Assembly: GCA_017616855.1 (NCBI GenBank)
Contig: JAFZXI010000010.1
Location: forward strand, 5,489 to 69,488
Direction of reading: 5' to 3'
Origin: Clostridia bacterium
GTDB taxonomy: Bacteria; Bacillota; Clostridia; Oscillospirales; RGIG8002
Length of the DNA: 64,000 bases
The position numbers and the translations under genes were made by a program. The notes beneath the pieces were generated by a model. The model did not search any database. It worked only from the letters and a program-made list of their open reading frames with translations, and was not told the origin of the DNA. Below, piece by piece: positions 10,176 through 20,288 of this stretch; position 1 is the stretch's first letter, and every line of letters starts with the position of its first letter.

Positions 10176-11369
10176 TTAGTGGATATTCTCCTGATAATCG
10201 ACCGTGACGTTGGTGACCGCAGGCGCAGCGCTGATGTCGTTGGAGACCTTGATCTCGCCGGAGAACATCTTGGCTATGAGGTCGGCGTAGTCCTGCTGAG
10301 TGAACTTGCCTTCCGCCCACTGAGTGGATTCATAGGGGATCTGGACGTAGTTCTTCTCAACGTCGGTGCCGCTTACGAGACCGAGGTTGGCGATCTTGCC
10401 CTTATAATTGTCCCACTTGCCGTCGATTATGCCCTGAAGGGCGTCCTTGACGGAGGGCTCAAGGCCCTTCATAGCGGACGTAACAGTCATACCCTCGCCG
10501 TATTCGCCGTCGATGATCGCGGCCTGGTCAACGTCAACGCCGATGATCTTGCCGCCGACCTTCTTCGCGATCTCGGCAGCGGAGGTGTAGATGCTTCCGC
10601 CGCAGCCGAACACGACTTCGGTGCCTGCCTGATACCAGGTGTCCATACGGGCGGTAATGTCAGGATCGCCCTGGAAAATGCCGCCGTAGACGTATTTGAT
10701 CTCGGGCTTCACGCCCAGCTCGGCAGCGGCTTTATCCGCGCCCTGAACGAAGCCGTAGCCGTAACGGATAACCGCCGGGACTGCCATTCCGCCGAGGAAG
10801 CCGAGCTTTGTGTAGCCGAGCTTTACGGCGGCGTAGCCCGCCATATAGCCGCTCAGCTCTTCCTGGTAAACGGCGCAGTAAACGTTGTCGTTCTTAACGT
10901 ATTTGCTGAACTCCCAGTTGTCGGGGTTGTAGTCGTACTCTTCGCCTGCAGCGGCAACGCCGGCGGCAAGCAGGTCGCCTTCCGCAACGTCAAGAGCGAT
11001 GAACTTAACGTCAGGATAATCGGCGGCGACTCCGACGACTGCTTCGGCAAACGCAAAGCCGGGCATAACGATGACGTTATAGCCTTCGTCAATAGCGTTC
11101 TTGATCATGGCTTCACGGTCGGCGGTCGAGTTTCCGGTCGGCTTGAAGTAGTTGAAGTCAAGCTTGTTGTCTTCGCAGAACTCCTTGCAGGCCTCATAGG
11201 TGGTCTGGTTGAAGGACTGGTCGGTGATGTCGCCGTAGTCGGTGATCATCGCAACTTTGTAGTCGCTTACGGGTTCGGCACCGGAGCCGGACTCTTCTTC
11301 CTTGCCACAGCCGACGAACAGTACGCAGCACATGGCAAGCGCGAGAATTAACGCGAGAACTCTTTTCAT
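10176..11369 (-). CDS. BMP-family (PnrA/Med-like) ABC substrate-binding lipoprotein, probably for nucleosides
   Basis: Lipobox LFVGC after the signal peptide. DITDQSFNQ block typical of the BMP family. Confidence 0.9.
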   Translation of the reverse strand: MKRVLALILALAMCCVLFVGCGKEEESGSGAEPVSDYKVAMITDYGDITDQSFNQTTYEACKEFCEDNKLDFNYFKPTGNSTADREAMIKNAIDEGYNVIVMPGFAFAEAVVGVAADYPDVKFIALDVAEGDLLAAGVAAAGEEYDYNPDNWEFSKYVKNDNVYCAVYQEELSGYMAGYAAVKLGYTKLGFLGGMAVPAVIRYGYGFVQGADKAAAELGVKPEIKYVYGGIFQGDPDITARMDTWYQAGTEVVFGCGGSIYTSAAEIAKKVGGKIIGVDVDQAAIIDGEYGEGMTVTSAMKGLEPSVKDALQGIIDGKWDNYKGKIANLGLVSGTDVEKNYVQIPYESTQWAEGKFTQQDYADLIAKMFSGEIKVSNDISAAPAVTNVTVDYQENIH

Positions 11370-11537
11370 TTGTTTTCTCCTCCTTGATTTTCGGATAGCA
11401 GATTCCTTTTCCGCTTCCTCATTAGATTTTAACCTAAACCGGCGAAAAAATCAATATATTTTTGTAAAAAATTGTCAAGAATTACACATTATTTTTTAAC
11501 ATTTTGTGCCGTCTGACCCCGCCGCGTTTACGGCGCG

Positions 11538-11576
11538 CAAAAAACCGCCGCAGCGTCGGTTTTGCTGCGGCGGTTT
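11538..11576 (-). terminator. Rho-independent terminator after spoVT
   Basis: aaaccgccgcagc/gctgcggcggttt stem with a T-run on the minus strand. Confidence 0.75.
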
Positions 11577-11589
11577 GTCCGTCGTTTTA

Positions 11590-12129
11590 CTATTCTTCCA
11601 TCTGTCTGCCGATGAACTGCGCGGCGGTCTGAATCAGCTTGACGTCGGTTTCCGAAGGCGTCTTGTCCTCCTCGCGTATCATGCAGACGCTCCCGACGAC
11701 GTCGCCGCTGCTGACTATCGGCGAAACGACGGCGGCGGTCTTGTCGGTGCCGTCCACGACTCCGACCTTGTTGGCGGCGTCGCGCCGCACGACGTAGTGG
11801 ACGCGACTCTCCATCAGCGTCTCCAGACTGTCGCTGACCGCCTTGCCGACAAGCTCGCGCTTGGAGCCGCCGGCGCATGCGACGACGGTGTCGCGGTCGG
11901 TTATGACCGTCTGGAAGCCGCCGGCGCGGTGGAGCACCTCGGCGTACTGCTCCGCGAAGCGCGTCATCTCGCCGACGGGCGAGTATTTCTTGAAGATTAT
12001 TTCGCCGTTATTCTCGGTGTAGATCTCGAGCGGCTCGCCTTCCCTGATGCGCATAACGCGGCGTATTTCCTTCGGTATGACTACCCTGCCGAGGTCGTCT
12101 ATCCTTCTGACTATTCCCGTTGCTTTCAT
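11590..12129 (-). CDS. spoVT: Stage V sporulation protein T (AbrB-family regulator with GAF-like C-terminal domain)
   Basis: N-terminal SpoVT/AbrB swapped-hairpin motif KATGIVRRIDDLGRVVIPKEIRR. 179 aa. Confidence 0.85.
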   Translation of the reverse strand: MKATGIVRRIDDLGRVVIPKEIRRVMRIREGEPLEIYTENNGEIIFKKYSPVGEMTRFAEQYAEVLHRAGGFQTVITDRDTVVACAGGSKRELVGKAVSDSLETLMESRVHYVVRRDAANKVGVVDGTDKTAAVVSPIVSSGDVVGSVCMIREEDKTPSETDVKLIQTAAQFIGRQMEE

Positions 12130-12241
12130 TATATAATATCTCCCCGTGAAGTTTTGTATTCATATTATTTGCCGCCCGCGGAGATATATACCTTCAATCA
12201 CGGCTGAAAAAATAACGGCGTTGCAACGCCGTTATCCCGCC

Positions 12242-12442
12242 TCAGTCTTTTGACTTGTAATACAGCATACAATGGCAGTAGCCCTCGAAGTCCGGGTCCT
12301 TTATCTGCGCGCGGAACTCCTCGCACATGCATTTATACTCTTCTTTGCGCTCCAGCCGGCACGGACAGTATCCGCCGGTGCGCTCCAGGCCTTCTTTTAC
12401 GGCGGCGACGATTTCCTTATCGGGATTCAACGTTATCTTCAT
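12242..12442 (-). CDS. Ferredoxin-thioredoxin reductase catalytic-subunit-like small Cys-rich protein
   Basis: CPCR...CMC...CHCMLY spacing characteristic of the FTR catalytic subunit family. 66 aa. Confidence 0.6.
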   Translation of the reverse strand: MKITLNPDKEIVAAVKEGLERTGGYCPCRLERKEEYKCMCEEFRAQIKDPDFEGYCHCMLYYKSKD

Positions 12443-12602
12443 TTATATATACCTCCGTTCCGCTTTTACTTATTCTTCCCGCGGCGCGCCGGAAACCGCG
12501 CTGCCGCATATTGCCGAATCAAAAATGTATTTTTCTATTGCAACGGCCTTTACACAGTGATATAATATCATAAATATAATAGATTGTAAAGGCGGTATTT
12601 CC

Positions 12603-14306
12603 ATGAAGTTTTCGCAAATACCATATGAACGCCCCGACGTCGAGGCGAAAAAGGCGGAGATCGCCGCGCTGACCGGAAAGCTCGGTTCCGCGCGCAGCTT
12701 TGAAGAAGCGGACGGCGTCTTCCTCGAAGCCGAAACGCTGAAAAAACACATCTACACCATGCAGGCGCTTTCCGAAGTGCGCCACACGATAGATACCCGC
12801 GACGAGTTTTACGACGCCGAGGTCAAGTTCTGGAACGTCGCGTTCCCGGAGCTTCAGGAGTATTACCAGAACTGGACGCTCGCCCTGCTGCAGTCCCCGT
12901 TCCGCAAGGAGTTTGAGGAGAAGTACGGCGGCATCCTCTTCATCAACGCCGAGATCGCGCTGAAGGCGTTTTCGCCCGCGATAATACCCGAGCTTCAGCA
13001 GGAAGCCGATCTTGTTCAGGAATACGAGAAACTGCTCGCTTCCGCGCAGATTCCCTTCAAGGGTGAGAACTACACCATCGCGCAACTCGGCAAATACAAG
13101 AACGACGCCGACGACGAAACGCGCCTCGCCGCGTGGAAAGCCGAGGGCAAATGGTATAAGGATAACCAGGCGCAGCTAGACGATATTTACGACAAGCTCG
13201 TTCACCTGCGCGACGCGATGGGCAAAAAGCTGGGTTACAAGGACTTCACCGAGCTCGGCTACTACCGCATGGGCAGAAACTGCTATACCAAGGAGGACGT
13301 CGAGAAGTTCCGCGCCGCAGTCGTCAAGTACCTCGTCCCCGTCGTCGACGGCATCCACCGCGCGCAGGCCAAGCGTATCGGCAAGGAATATCCGCTCAGC
13401 TTCGCCGATAACGTGATGAAGTTCCGCTCCGGCAACCCGAAGCCCTTCGGCACGCCGGATCAAATACTCGAGCACGGCAGGAAGTTCTACGACGAGCTTT
13501 CGCCGGAGACGGGCGAGTTTTTCCGCATGATGCTGGATAACGAGCTGCTCGACGTGCTCTCCAAAGAGGGCAAGCGCGGCGGCGGTTACTGCATGGAGCT
13601 GCCCGAATACGAAGTCCCCTTCATCTTCGCCAACTTCAACGGCACGAGCGACGACGTCGAAACCGTTACGCACGAAGCGGGCCACGCCTTCGCGGTATGG
13701 ATGAACCGCAAGCGCCTCCCGCTCGAAGCGATACTGCCCTCCATGGAGGGCTGCGAGGTTCACTCGATGTCGATGGAGTTCTTCGCGTGGCCGTGGGCGG
13801 AGGGCTTCTTCGGCGATGAGACGCGCAAGTTCTATTACAGCCACCTCGCAGGCGCGATCGGCTTCATCCCCTACGGCACGATGGTCGACCACTTCCAGCA
13901 TATCGTATACGAGAAGCCGGAAATGACTCCGGCGGAGCGCCACGCGGTCTGGAAGGAGCTGCTCGGCGTCTATATGCCGTGGCTGCGCCTCGACGGCGAT
14001 ATCCCTTTCTACGCCGACGGCGAGGGCTGGCAGCGTCAGCATCATATTTATTCGCTGCCCTTCTATTACATCGACTACTGCCTCGCGCAGACTGTCGCCC
14101 TTGAGTTCTGGGCGATGATACGGAAGGACCTGCCCGACGCGTGGAAGCATTACATGGCTTACACGCGGCAGGGCGGCGGCGACGTCTTCACGGAGCTGCT
14201 GAAAAAGGCCGGACTGGAAAGTCCCTTCGACGAAAGCTGCCTGCGCGGCGTCTGCGCGGACGCGAACGCGTGGCTTGAAAACTACGACCTGACGGGCATA
14301 GAATGA
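12603..14306 (+). CDS. pepF: M3B-family oligoendopeptidase F-like metallopeptidase
   Basis: Zinc motif HEAGHAF and the overall PepF-like length and blocks. Confidence 0.8.
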   Translation: MKFSQIPYERPDVEAKKAEIAALTGKLGSARSFEEADGVFLEAETLKKHIYTMQALSEVRHTIDTRDEFYDAEVKFWNVAFPELQEYYQNWTLALLQSPFRKEFEEKYGGILFINAEIALKAFSPAIIPELQQEADLVQEYEKLLASAQIPFKGENYTIAQLGKYKNDADDETRLAAWKAEGKWYKDNQAQLDDIYDKLVHLRDAMGKKLGYKDFTELGYYRMGRNCYTKEDVEKFRAAVVKYLVPVVDGIHRAQAKRIGKEYPLSFADNVMKFRSGNPKPFGTPDQILEHGRKFYDELSPETGEFFRMMLDNELLDVLSKEGKRGGGYCMELPEYEVPFIFANFNGTSDDVETVTHEAGHAFAVWMNRKRLPLEAILPSMEGCEVHSMSMEFFAWPWAEGFFGDETRKFYYSHLAGAIGFIPYGTMVDHFQHIVYEKPEMTPAERHAVWKELLGVYMPWLRLDGDIPFYADGEGWQRQHHIYSLPFYYIDYCLAQTVALEFWAMIRKDLPDAWKHYMAYTRQGGGDVFTELLKKAGLESPFDESCLRGVCADANAWLENYDLTGIE

Positions 14307-14329
14307 TCCCCGTCCTTTCGGAGAGAAGT

Positions 14330-14977
14330 ATGAACGAAGAAGAAAACGTCAATACCGGCTCCGCTCCCGAGGCATCGGAGGGCGCAGACAAAAAGAACAA
14401 AAAGGGCCTGATGAAGCGCCTGAACAGACGCGCGTACCTCGAAGACATCCACCGCACCGCAGACGGCAGGTATATCTACACCGGTCAATGCTACGTCTAC
14501 AACGAGGAAGCGAACACGCGCGGCTCCGTTCTGCTGCGGCTCTGGCTGCTCGTGCTGCCGGCGATAGCGGCGAGCGTGCTCGGCGGCTGCTTCAACACTC
14601 CCTTCCTGCGCGACACGTGGTACGTGATCGCGCCGTTCGCCTTCGAGCTCGTCTGCACCGGAAGCATACTCTGGGCGGTCGGCCGCATCACCGCGAACGG
14701 AAGGATACTGCGCGAATACGTGCGCAAGCAGACCTTCGGAGCGATACCGCTCCGCGCGGGTTTCGCAATAGGGTTCGCGGCGCTCGGACTTATCGGCGCG
14801 ATAATCTACATGATCCTGCACGGAACCGTTATAGAGAACTACGCAGGTGAAATCATCGATATGACATACGCAAGTTACGTGTATATCGCGCTGAAAGTCT
14901 TTAATATCGCCTGCTGCATACTTATTATGAGGTATGCTCCTTCTGTGTCATGGAATGAAACAGCCGAAAAAGTCTGA
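14330..14977 (+). CDS. Hypothetical multi-pass membrane protein
   Basis: Hydrophobic segments after a charged N-terminus. I prefer ATG 14330 (GGAGAG upstream) over 14303. No recognisable family. Confidence 0.45.
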   Translation: MNEEENVNTGSAPEASEGADKKNKKGLMKRLNRRAYLEDIHRTADGRYIYTGQCYVYNEEANTRGSVLLRLWLLVLPAIAASVLGGCFNTPFLRDTWYVIAPFAFELVCTGSILWAVGRITANGRILREYVRKQTFGAIPLRAGFAIGFAALGLIGAIIYMILHGTVIENYAGEIIDMTYASYVYIALKVFNIACCILIMRYAPSVSWNETAEKV

Positions 14978-15236
14978 TTATTACAGTTTTTTGGCGAAAA
15001 ATAAAAATTTTTCTTCCATTTTTGTGAAAAGTATGATATAATACAAAAAATTGTTTTATGGGTCAATCTGTCGCCTTCTGTTCGGAGGGCAGAAATTGGC
15101 CTTAAAACGCATTTTTGAAAGGGGTACCCCTTTCAGTCGTCTTGCGGAGCAAGACGGGCGCGAAAGCGCTTCCCCAAGTCCTGTTTTCGGGGCAAAGCCC
15201 CGTCATAAAAGAGGAAAATACTAAGGAGGAAAAACA

Positions 15237-17489
15237 ATGAAAAGCACAAAGAAAATCCTTGCACTGCTGCTTGCTGCGGTTATGTGCATGGGCCTGTTCG
15301 TTGGCTGCGGCGGCGAAGAAGAAGTAGCCAACGACACTCCGCTGGTGGTTGGCTATTCGCCTTTCTCCGGCAAGTTCTCCCCCTTCTTCTCTGAGACCGC
15401 TTACGACCAGGACGTCTGGGCCATCACTTCTCTCGGCCTTCTGACCTCTGACCGTACCGGCGCCATCATTGAGAAGGGCATCGACGGCACCACGGTTGCC
15501 TACAACGGAACCGACTACACTTACTATGGTCCCGCCGATCTCGAGATCGTTGAGAATGCCGACGGCACTGTCGACTACAAGTTCAAGCTCCGCGAGGACC
15601 TCAAGTTCTCCGACGGCGAAGCTCTGACCATCGACGACGTCATTTTCACGATGTACACCTATGCCGACCCGTCCTATGACGGATCCACCACCTTCTTCTC
15701 GCTGCCGATCAAGGGCATGGCCGAGTACCGTCAGGGTTGGGCCACGCTCAACAACCTGATCTTCGACGCGGGCAGAGACAACACCGATTTCACCCTCTTC
15801 ACCGAAGAGCAGCAGACCGAGTTCTGGACCAAGTACGACGCTGCTACCAAGGCGCTCGCCGAAGAGATTGTCGCTTACTGCGTAACCAACGGTTACAACG
15901 AAGAAGGCGACATCAAGGGCGCTGCCGCCAACTGGGGCTTCGGCATTGAGGACAACACCATCGAAGCTTTCCAGGCCGCGCTGTCCGCAGCTTACGGCGC
16001 TGACGCTGCCGACATGATCAACACCGAGAACGCCGGCTCCTCCGTTGAGGACCTGTTCCCCGGCTATGACGCCTTCTCGCAGACCGCCGTCAAGACCGGC
16101 GAATCCGCTGACAAGATCGAAGGCATCGTCAAGACCGGCGACTACAGCCTGACCGTTACCCTGACTGAGATCGACGCTACCGCGATTTATCAGTTCAGCA
16201 TGGGCATCTCGCCTCTCCACTACTACGGCGACGTTGCCAAGTATGACTATGACAACAACAAGTTCGGCTTCGACAAGGGCGACCTTTCCGTTGCCAGAGC
16301 GAAGATCTCCACTCCTCTCGGCGCCGGCCCCTACAAGTTCGACAAGTATGAAGACGGCGTTGTCTACTTCACTGCCAACGAGAACTACTATCTCGGCGAG
16401 CCCAAGACCAAGAAGCTCAACTACAAGCAGTGCCTCACCGATGATGACAAGCTGAACGGCGTCACCACCGGCACCATCGACATCACCGATCCTACCTTCA
16501 GCACCGACAACATCAACGCCATAAAGAGCACCAACAGCAACGGCGAACTCACCGGCGACAAGATCGCTACCAACACCGTTGACAACCTCGGCTATGGCTA
16601 CATCGGCATGTGCGCGAAGGTCATGAACGTCGGCGGCGAGCCCGCTTCCGATGCTTCCAAGGCCCTCCGCAAGGCGTTCGGCACCATCTTCTCCGTCTAC
16701 CGTGAAGTCGCTATCGACTCCTACTACGGCGACAGAGCGTCCGTCATCAACTACCCGATCTCCAACACCTCCTGGGCTGCTCCTCAGTCCACCGACGACG
16801 GTTACAAGGTCGCGTTCTCCGTTGACAAGGACGGCAAGGACATCTACACTTCCGACATGACCGCGGAACAGAAGTACGAAGCCGCGAAGCAGGCCGCCCT
16901 CGGATTCCTCGAGGTTGCCGGCTACACCGTCGCTGACGGCAAGGTTACCGCTGCTCCGGAAGGCGCCTCTCTCGAATACACCGCCTGGATCCCGGCTGAC
17001 GGCTCCGGCGACCATCCTTCCTTCATGATCCTGACCGAAGCGAAGGAGGCCTTCGAAGAGATCGGCATCAACTTCATCATTAAGGACCTCACCAATTCCT
17101 CCGACCTGTGGACTGCTCTTCAGGCGCAGGAAGTCGCCATCTGGTGCGCCGCTTGGGGCGCCTCCGTTGACCCGGATATGTATCAGATTTACTTCTCCGG
17201 CGAAGGCGAAAAGAAGGCCGGCGGCTCCAACTACATGTACGCCATTGACGACGCTCAGCTCAACAAGCTGATCCTCGACGGCCGTAAGTCCCTCGATCAG
17301 TCCTACAGAAAGGGCATCTACAAGTCCTGCCTCGATATCATCATCGACTGGGCCGTTGAGATCCCTGTCTATCAGCGTCAGAACGCTATCATCTTCAGCT
17401 CCGAGCGTGTTGACCTCGACACCATTACGCCCGACATCACCACCTTCTACGGCTGGATGAGCGAGATCCAGAACACCAAGCTGAAGTAA
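15237..17489 (+). CDS. ABC substrate-binding lipoprotein, peptide/nickel family 5 (OppA/DppA-like), unusually long at 750 aa
   Basis: Lipobox LFVGC. Family-5 SBP blocks (e.g. LKFSDGE, GPYKF). Sits upstream of the OppBCDF-like genes. Confidence 0.85.
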   Translation: MKSTKKILALLLAAVMCMGLFVGCGGEEEVANDTPLVVGYSPFSGKFSPFFSETAYDQDVWAITSLGLLTSDRTGAIIEKGIDGTTVAYNGTDYTYYGPADLEIVENADGTVDYKFKLREDLKFSDGEALTIDDVIFTMYTYADPSYDGSTTFFSLPIKGMAEYRQGWATLNNLIFDAGRDNTDFTLFTEEQQTEFWTKYDAATKALAEEIVAYCVTNGYNEEGDIKGAAANWGFGIEDNTIEAFQAALSAAYGADAADMINTENAGSSVEDLFPGYDAFSQTAVKTGESADKIEGIVKTGDYSLTVTLTEIDATAIYQFSMGISPLHYYGDVAKYDYDNNKFGFDKGDLSVARAKISTPLGAGPYKFDKYEDGVVYFTANENYYLGEPKTKKLNYKQCLTDDDKLNGVTTGTIDITDPTFSTDNINAIKSTNSNGELTGDKIATNTVDNLGYGYIGMCAKVMNVGGEPASDASKALRKAFGTIFSVYREVAIDSYYGDRASVINYPISNTSWAAPQSTDDGYKVAFSVDKDGKDIYTSDMTAEQKYEAAKQAALGFLEVAGYTVADGKVTAAPEGASLEYTAWIPADGSGDHPSFMILTEAKEAFEEIGINFIIKDLTNSSDLWTALQAQEVAIWCAAWGASVDPDMYQIYFSGEGEKKAGGSNYMYAIDDAQLNKLILDGRKSLDQSYRKGIYKSCLDIIIDWAVEIPVYQRQNAIIFSSERVDLDTITPDITTFYGWMSEIQNTKLK

Positions 17490-17543
17490 TCAATTCGGTT
17501 TGACGTTCAAGCATTGATGCTGCTTTAGTATTAGTGGTATCGC

Positions 17544-17575
17544 CTGCCCCGCGGTCTTTCGACCGCGGGGCAGGT
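17544..17575 (+). terminator. Strong intercistronic GC hairpin after the SBP gene (partial terminator or mRNA stabiliser)
   Basis: cctgccccgcggtc/gaccgcggggcagg 14-bp stem with no clean T-run. A second 17-bp imperfect inverted repeat follows at about 17577-17640. Confidence 0.5.
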
Positions 17576-17705
17576 CGACTGCTTTTCAGACAGGCGCTTC
17601 ATTTATCGCTGCGCGGAGTTTCTGTCTGAAAAACAGTCGGACACGCCCCCTGCTTATAGCGGGAGGCGCGTTTGCGTTATCAAATCCCGAACGGAGGAAT
17701 GATTT

Positions 17706-18692
17706 GTGCGAAAATTCATTATCAAGAGATTGCTGTTATCGGTGGTGATCTTGTTTTTTGTCGCGCTGATAATCTACGCTCTTATGCGTTGTCTGCCGAC
17801 ATCATATATCGAGTCTATCGCCCGTCAGAAGTCTATGCAGCCCGGCTCAAAGACGTTTGACGAATGGATGCAGCAGCTTTCCGCAACCTACGGTATGGAC
17901 AAAGGCATTATCGCCGGATTCTTCAGCTGGCTCGGCAAGGCGCTGACCGGTAACTTCGGCGACAGCTGGTTCTACACGGAGCCCGTCCTGCAGGTCTTCA
18001 ACCGCACCGTATGGCTCTCCTTCATCATGGGCGGCATCGCTTTCATTTTCGAGATAATCATAGCGATCCCTCTCGGAATAATCGCCGCGACGAAGCAGTA
18101 TTCGAAAACGGACTACACAGTATCTGTAATTGCATTGGCAGGTATTTCATTGCCAACCTTCTTCTTTGCAGCGCTGTTGAAGCTGCTGTTTTCCGTCAAA
18201 CTCGGCTGGTTCGAGTTGTTCGGACTGGTCGGGCGAAACCATCAACAGCTATCGTCTTTCGGACAATTCCTCGATAAAGCGCACCACCTCGTCTTGCCTA
18301 TCGTAACGCTCGTCGTGATAAGCATCGGCGGGCTGATGCGTTATACCCGTACGAATATGCTCGAGGTCCTGAACGCCGACTACATCCGTACCGCGCGCGC
18401 CAAGGGCGTCAGCGAGCACAAGGTAATTTACAAGCATGCGTTCCGCAACACGCTGATTCCGCTGGTAACGATCATCGGCGGCTCGCTGCCGGGACTTTTC
18501 TCCGGCGCTCTGATTACCGAAACCCTCTATTCAATCCCCGGTATCGGATACACCTCCTACAACGCAATGGTAGGCGGCGATATCCCCTTCTCAATGTTCT
18601 ATCTGACGTTTATTGCGGTGCTGACGCTTATCGGCAACCTCATCGCGGACATACTGTACGCTGTGGTCGATCCCCGCGTACGTATATCGTGA
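17706..18692 (+). CDS. Peptide ABC transporter permease (OppB/DppB-like)
   Basis: GTG start with GGAGG 8 nt upstream. Conserved YIRTARAKG block. Confidence 0.85.
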   Translation: MRKFIIKRLLLSVVILFFVALIIYALMRCLPTSYIESIARQKSMQPGSKTFDEWMQQLSATYGMDKGIIAGFFSWLGKALTGNFGDSWFYTEPVLQVFNRTVWLSFIMGGIAFIFEIIIAIPLGIIAATKQYSKTDYTVSVIALAGISLPTFFFAALLKLLFSVKLGWFELFGLVGRNHQQLSSFGQFLDKAHHLVLPIVTLVVISIGGLMRYTRTNMLEVLNADYIRTARAKGVSEHKVIYKHAFRNTLIPLVTIIGGSLPGLFSGALITETLYSIPGIGYTSYNAMVGGDIPFSMFYLTFIAVLTLIGNLIADILYAVVDPRVRIS

Positions 18693-18709
18693 GAAAGGGG
18701 GCGGCATAA

Positions 18710-20275
18710 ATGAGCAAAAAACCGGAAAAGAACAACAAGCTGAAAAACTCCGCTTCCGAAAAGAACGAGCAGCAGTACTCGCTTAACGACGACAGGCGCG
18801 TAAAGGTGCTTTCTCCCGGCGCGCTCGTCGCGAAGCGTTTCTTCCGCAACCGCATGGCGATGGTCGGCTTGATAATCCTCATCGCGATGTTCGCCTTCTC
18901 CTTCATCGGCGGACTGATCTCCCCCTACAGCGAAGCCCAGCTATTCTACCGCACCGATATACTCGAGAAGGAATACGCCAGCGCGATAGTCAACACCGAG
19001 TTCCGTTACCTGACCGCCGACGGTCAGGAGTTCCCCTCCGTCGTTCAGGCGAAGATGATCCTCGCTGTCAACCAGAACCTGCCGGAATGCGAATATGACG
19101 GAATAACCTACACCGTGACCAAGGAAGGCGAAGACCTCTACTCCGTCTCTCTCGCCGACGGAACGCTCATCGGCATCGGCTATAAGGACATCTTCAACTC
19201 CAACACCTCTGACAAGCTCCCCTTCGGGCTCGTCTTCGAGGCGCTGAAAGCGTACACCAACGAACTTGACACCTTCATCTATGAAGACGTCGAATACAGC
19301 ATCGACATTGACGGCACCGTCGCGAACGCCGAAGGCGAGCTCGGTTATATCAGCCGCTACTTCGTGCAGGCGCTGATGCCGGACGTCTTCCTCTCCCGCG
19401 AGTTCAAGGAAGACCTCTACGAAACGCTCGAAAACGGTTCTGACGAATTCAAATTCACGGACGCTGACGGAGTGGAATACGACTACACGCTCTACTACAA
19501 CGCCGCTTCCAAAAAGTACACCATCAAGCAGGGCACCGAATCCCGCGTTTACGATACCTACGCCTCCCCGAGCAGCAAGCACTGGCTCGGCACCGACCGC
19601 AACGGCATGGATATGCTCACGCGACTGATGTACGGCGGACGCGTTTCGCTTCTCATCGGTTTCATCGTTGAGTTCATCGCCACGTTCATCGGCGTTATTC
19701 TCGGCGGCATTTCCGGATACTTCGGCGGCTGGGTGGATAACCTGATAATGCGTATCGTCGATATATTCTATTGCATACCGTCGATGCCCATCATAATCAT
19801 CCTCGGCGCCGCGATGGACGCGATGAGCGTCGATCCCAAGCTGAGAATGATCTACCTGATGCTTATCCTCGGTTTCCTCGGCTGGCCCGGACTCGCCCGT
19901 ATGGTACGCGGACAGATCCTCTCGCTGCGCGAGCAGGAGTTCATGACCGCGACTGAGGCCTGCGGCGTCAGGGTTTCGCGCAGGATCTACAAGCATCTGA
20001 TACCTAACGTCATACCGCAGCTCATAGTCTCCTGCACGATGGGCCTCGGCAGCACGATAATCACGGAGTCCACGCTCTCATTCCTCGGACTCGGCGTAAG
20101 GTTCCCGTTCGCCTCCTGGGGCAACATAATCAACGACGTCAAGGACACCTTCGTTCTTATGAACTACTGGTTCATCTGGATCCCGGCAGGCGCGCTGCTC
20201 CTGATTACCGTTCTGGCGTTCAATATCGTCGGCGACGGTCTGCGCGACGCGTTCGACCCGAAGATGAAGCGCTGA
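18710..20275 (+). CDS. Peptide ABC transporter permease (OppC/DppC-like) with a roughly 215-aa extracytoplasmic insertion after TM1
   Basis: TM1 at about residues 45-70, and the HWLGTDRNGMD block only at about residue 290. The C-terminal half is a typical BPD permease. Confidence 0.85.
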   Translation: MSKKPEKNNKLKNSASEKNEQQYSLNDDRRVKVLSPGALVAKRFFRNRMAMVGLIILIAMFAFSFIGGLISPYSEAQLFYRTDILEKEYASAIVNTEFRYLTADGQEFPSVVQAKMILAVNQNLPECEYDGITYTVTKEGEDLYSVSLADGTLIGIGYKDIFNSNTSDKLPFGLVFEALKAYTNELDTFIYEDVEYSIDIDGTVANAEGELGYISRYFVQALMPDVFLSREFKEDLYETLENGSDEFKFTDADGVEYDYTLYYNAASKKYTIKQGTESRVYDTYASPSSKHWLGTDRNGMDMLTRLMYGGRVSLLIGFIVEFIATFIGVILGGISGYFGGWVDNLIMRIVDIFYCIPSMPIIIILGAAMDAMSVDPKLRMIYLMLILGFLGWPGLARMVRGQILSLREQEFMTATEACGVRVSRRIYKHLIPNVIPQLIVSCTMGLGSTIITESTLSFLGLGVRFPFASWGNIINDVKDTFVLMNYWFIWIPAGALLLITVLAFNIVGDGLRDAFDPKMKR

Positions 20276-20288
20276 GGAGGTTGTTGAA

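Noticed and set aside
15102-17015. 637-aa minus-strand ORF opposite the peptide-binding protein gene
   Set aside because: It is a G/V/A/D/E low-complexity antisense shadow with no RBS and no motifs. The + strand gene has a lipobox and SBP blocks.
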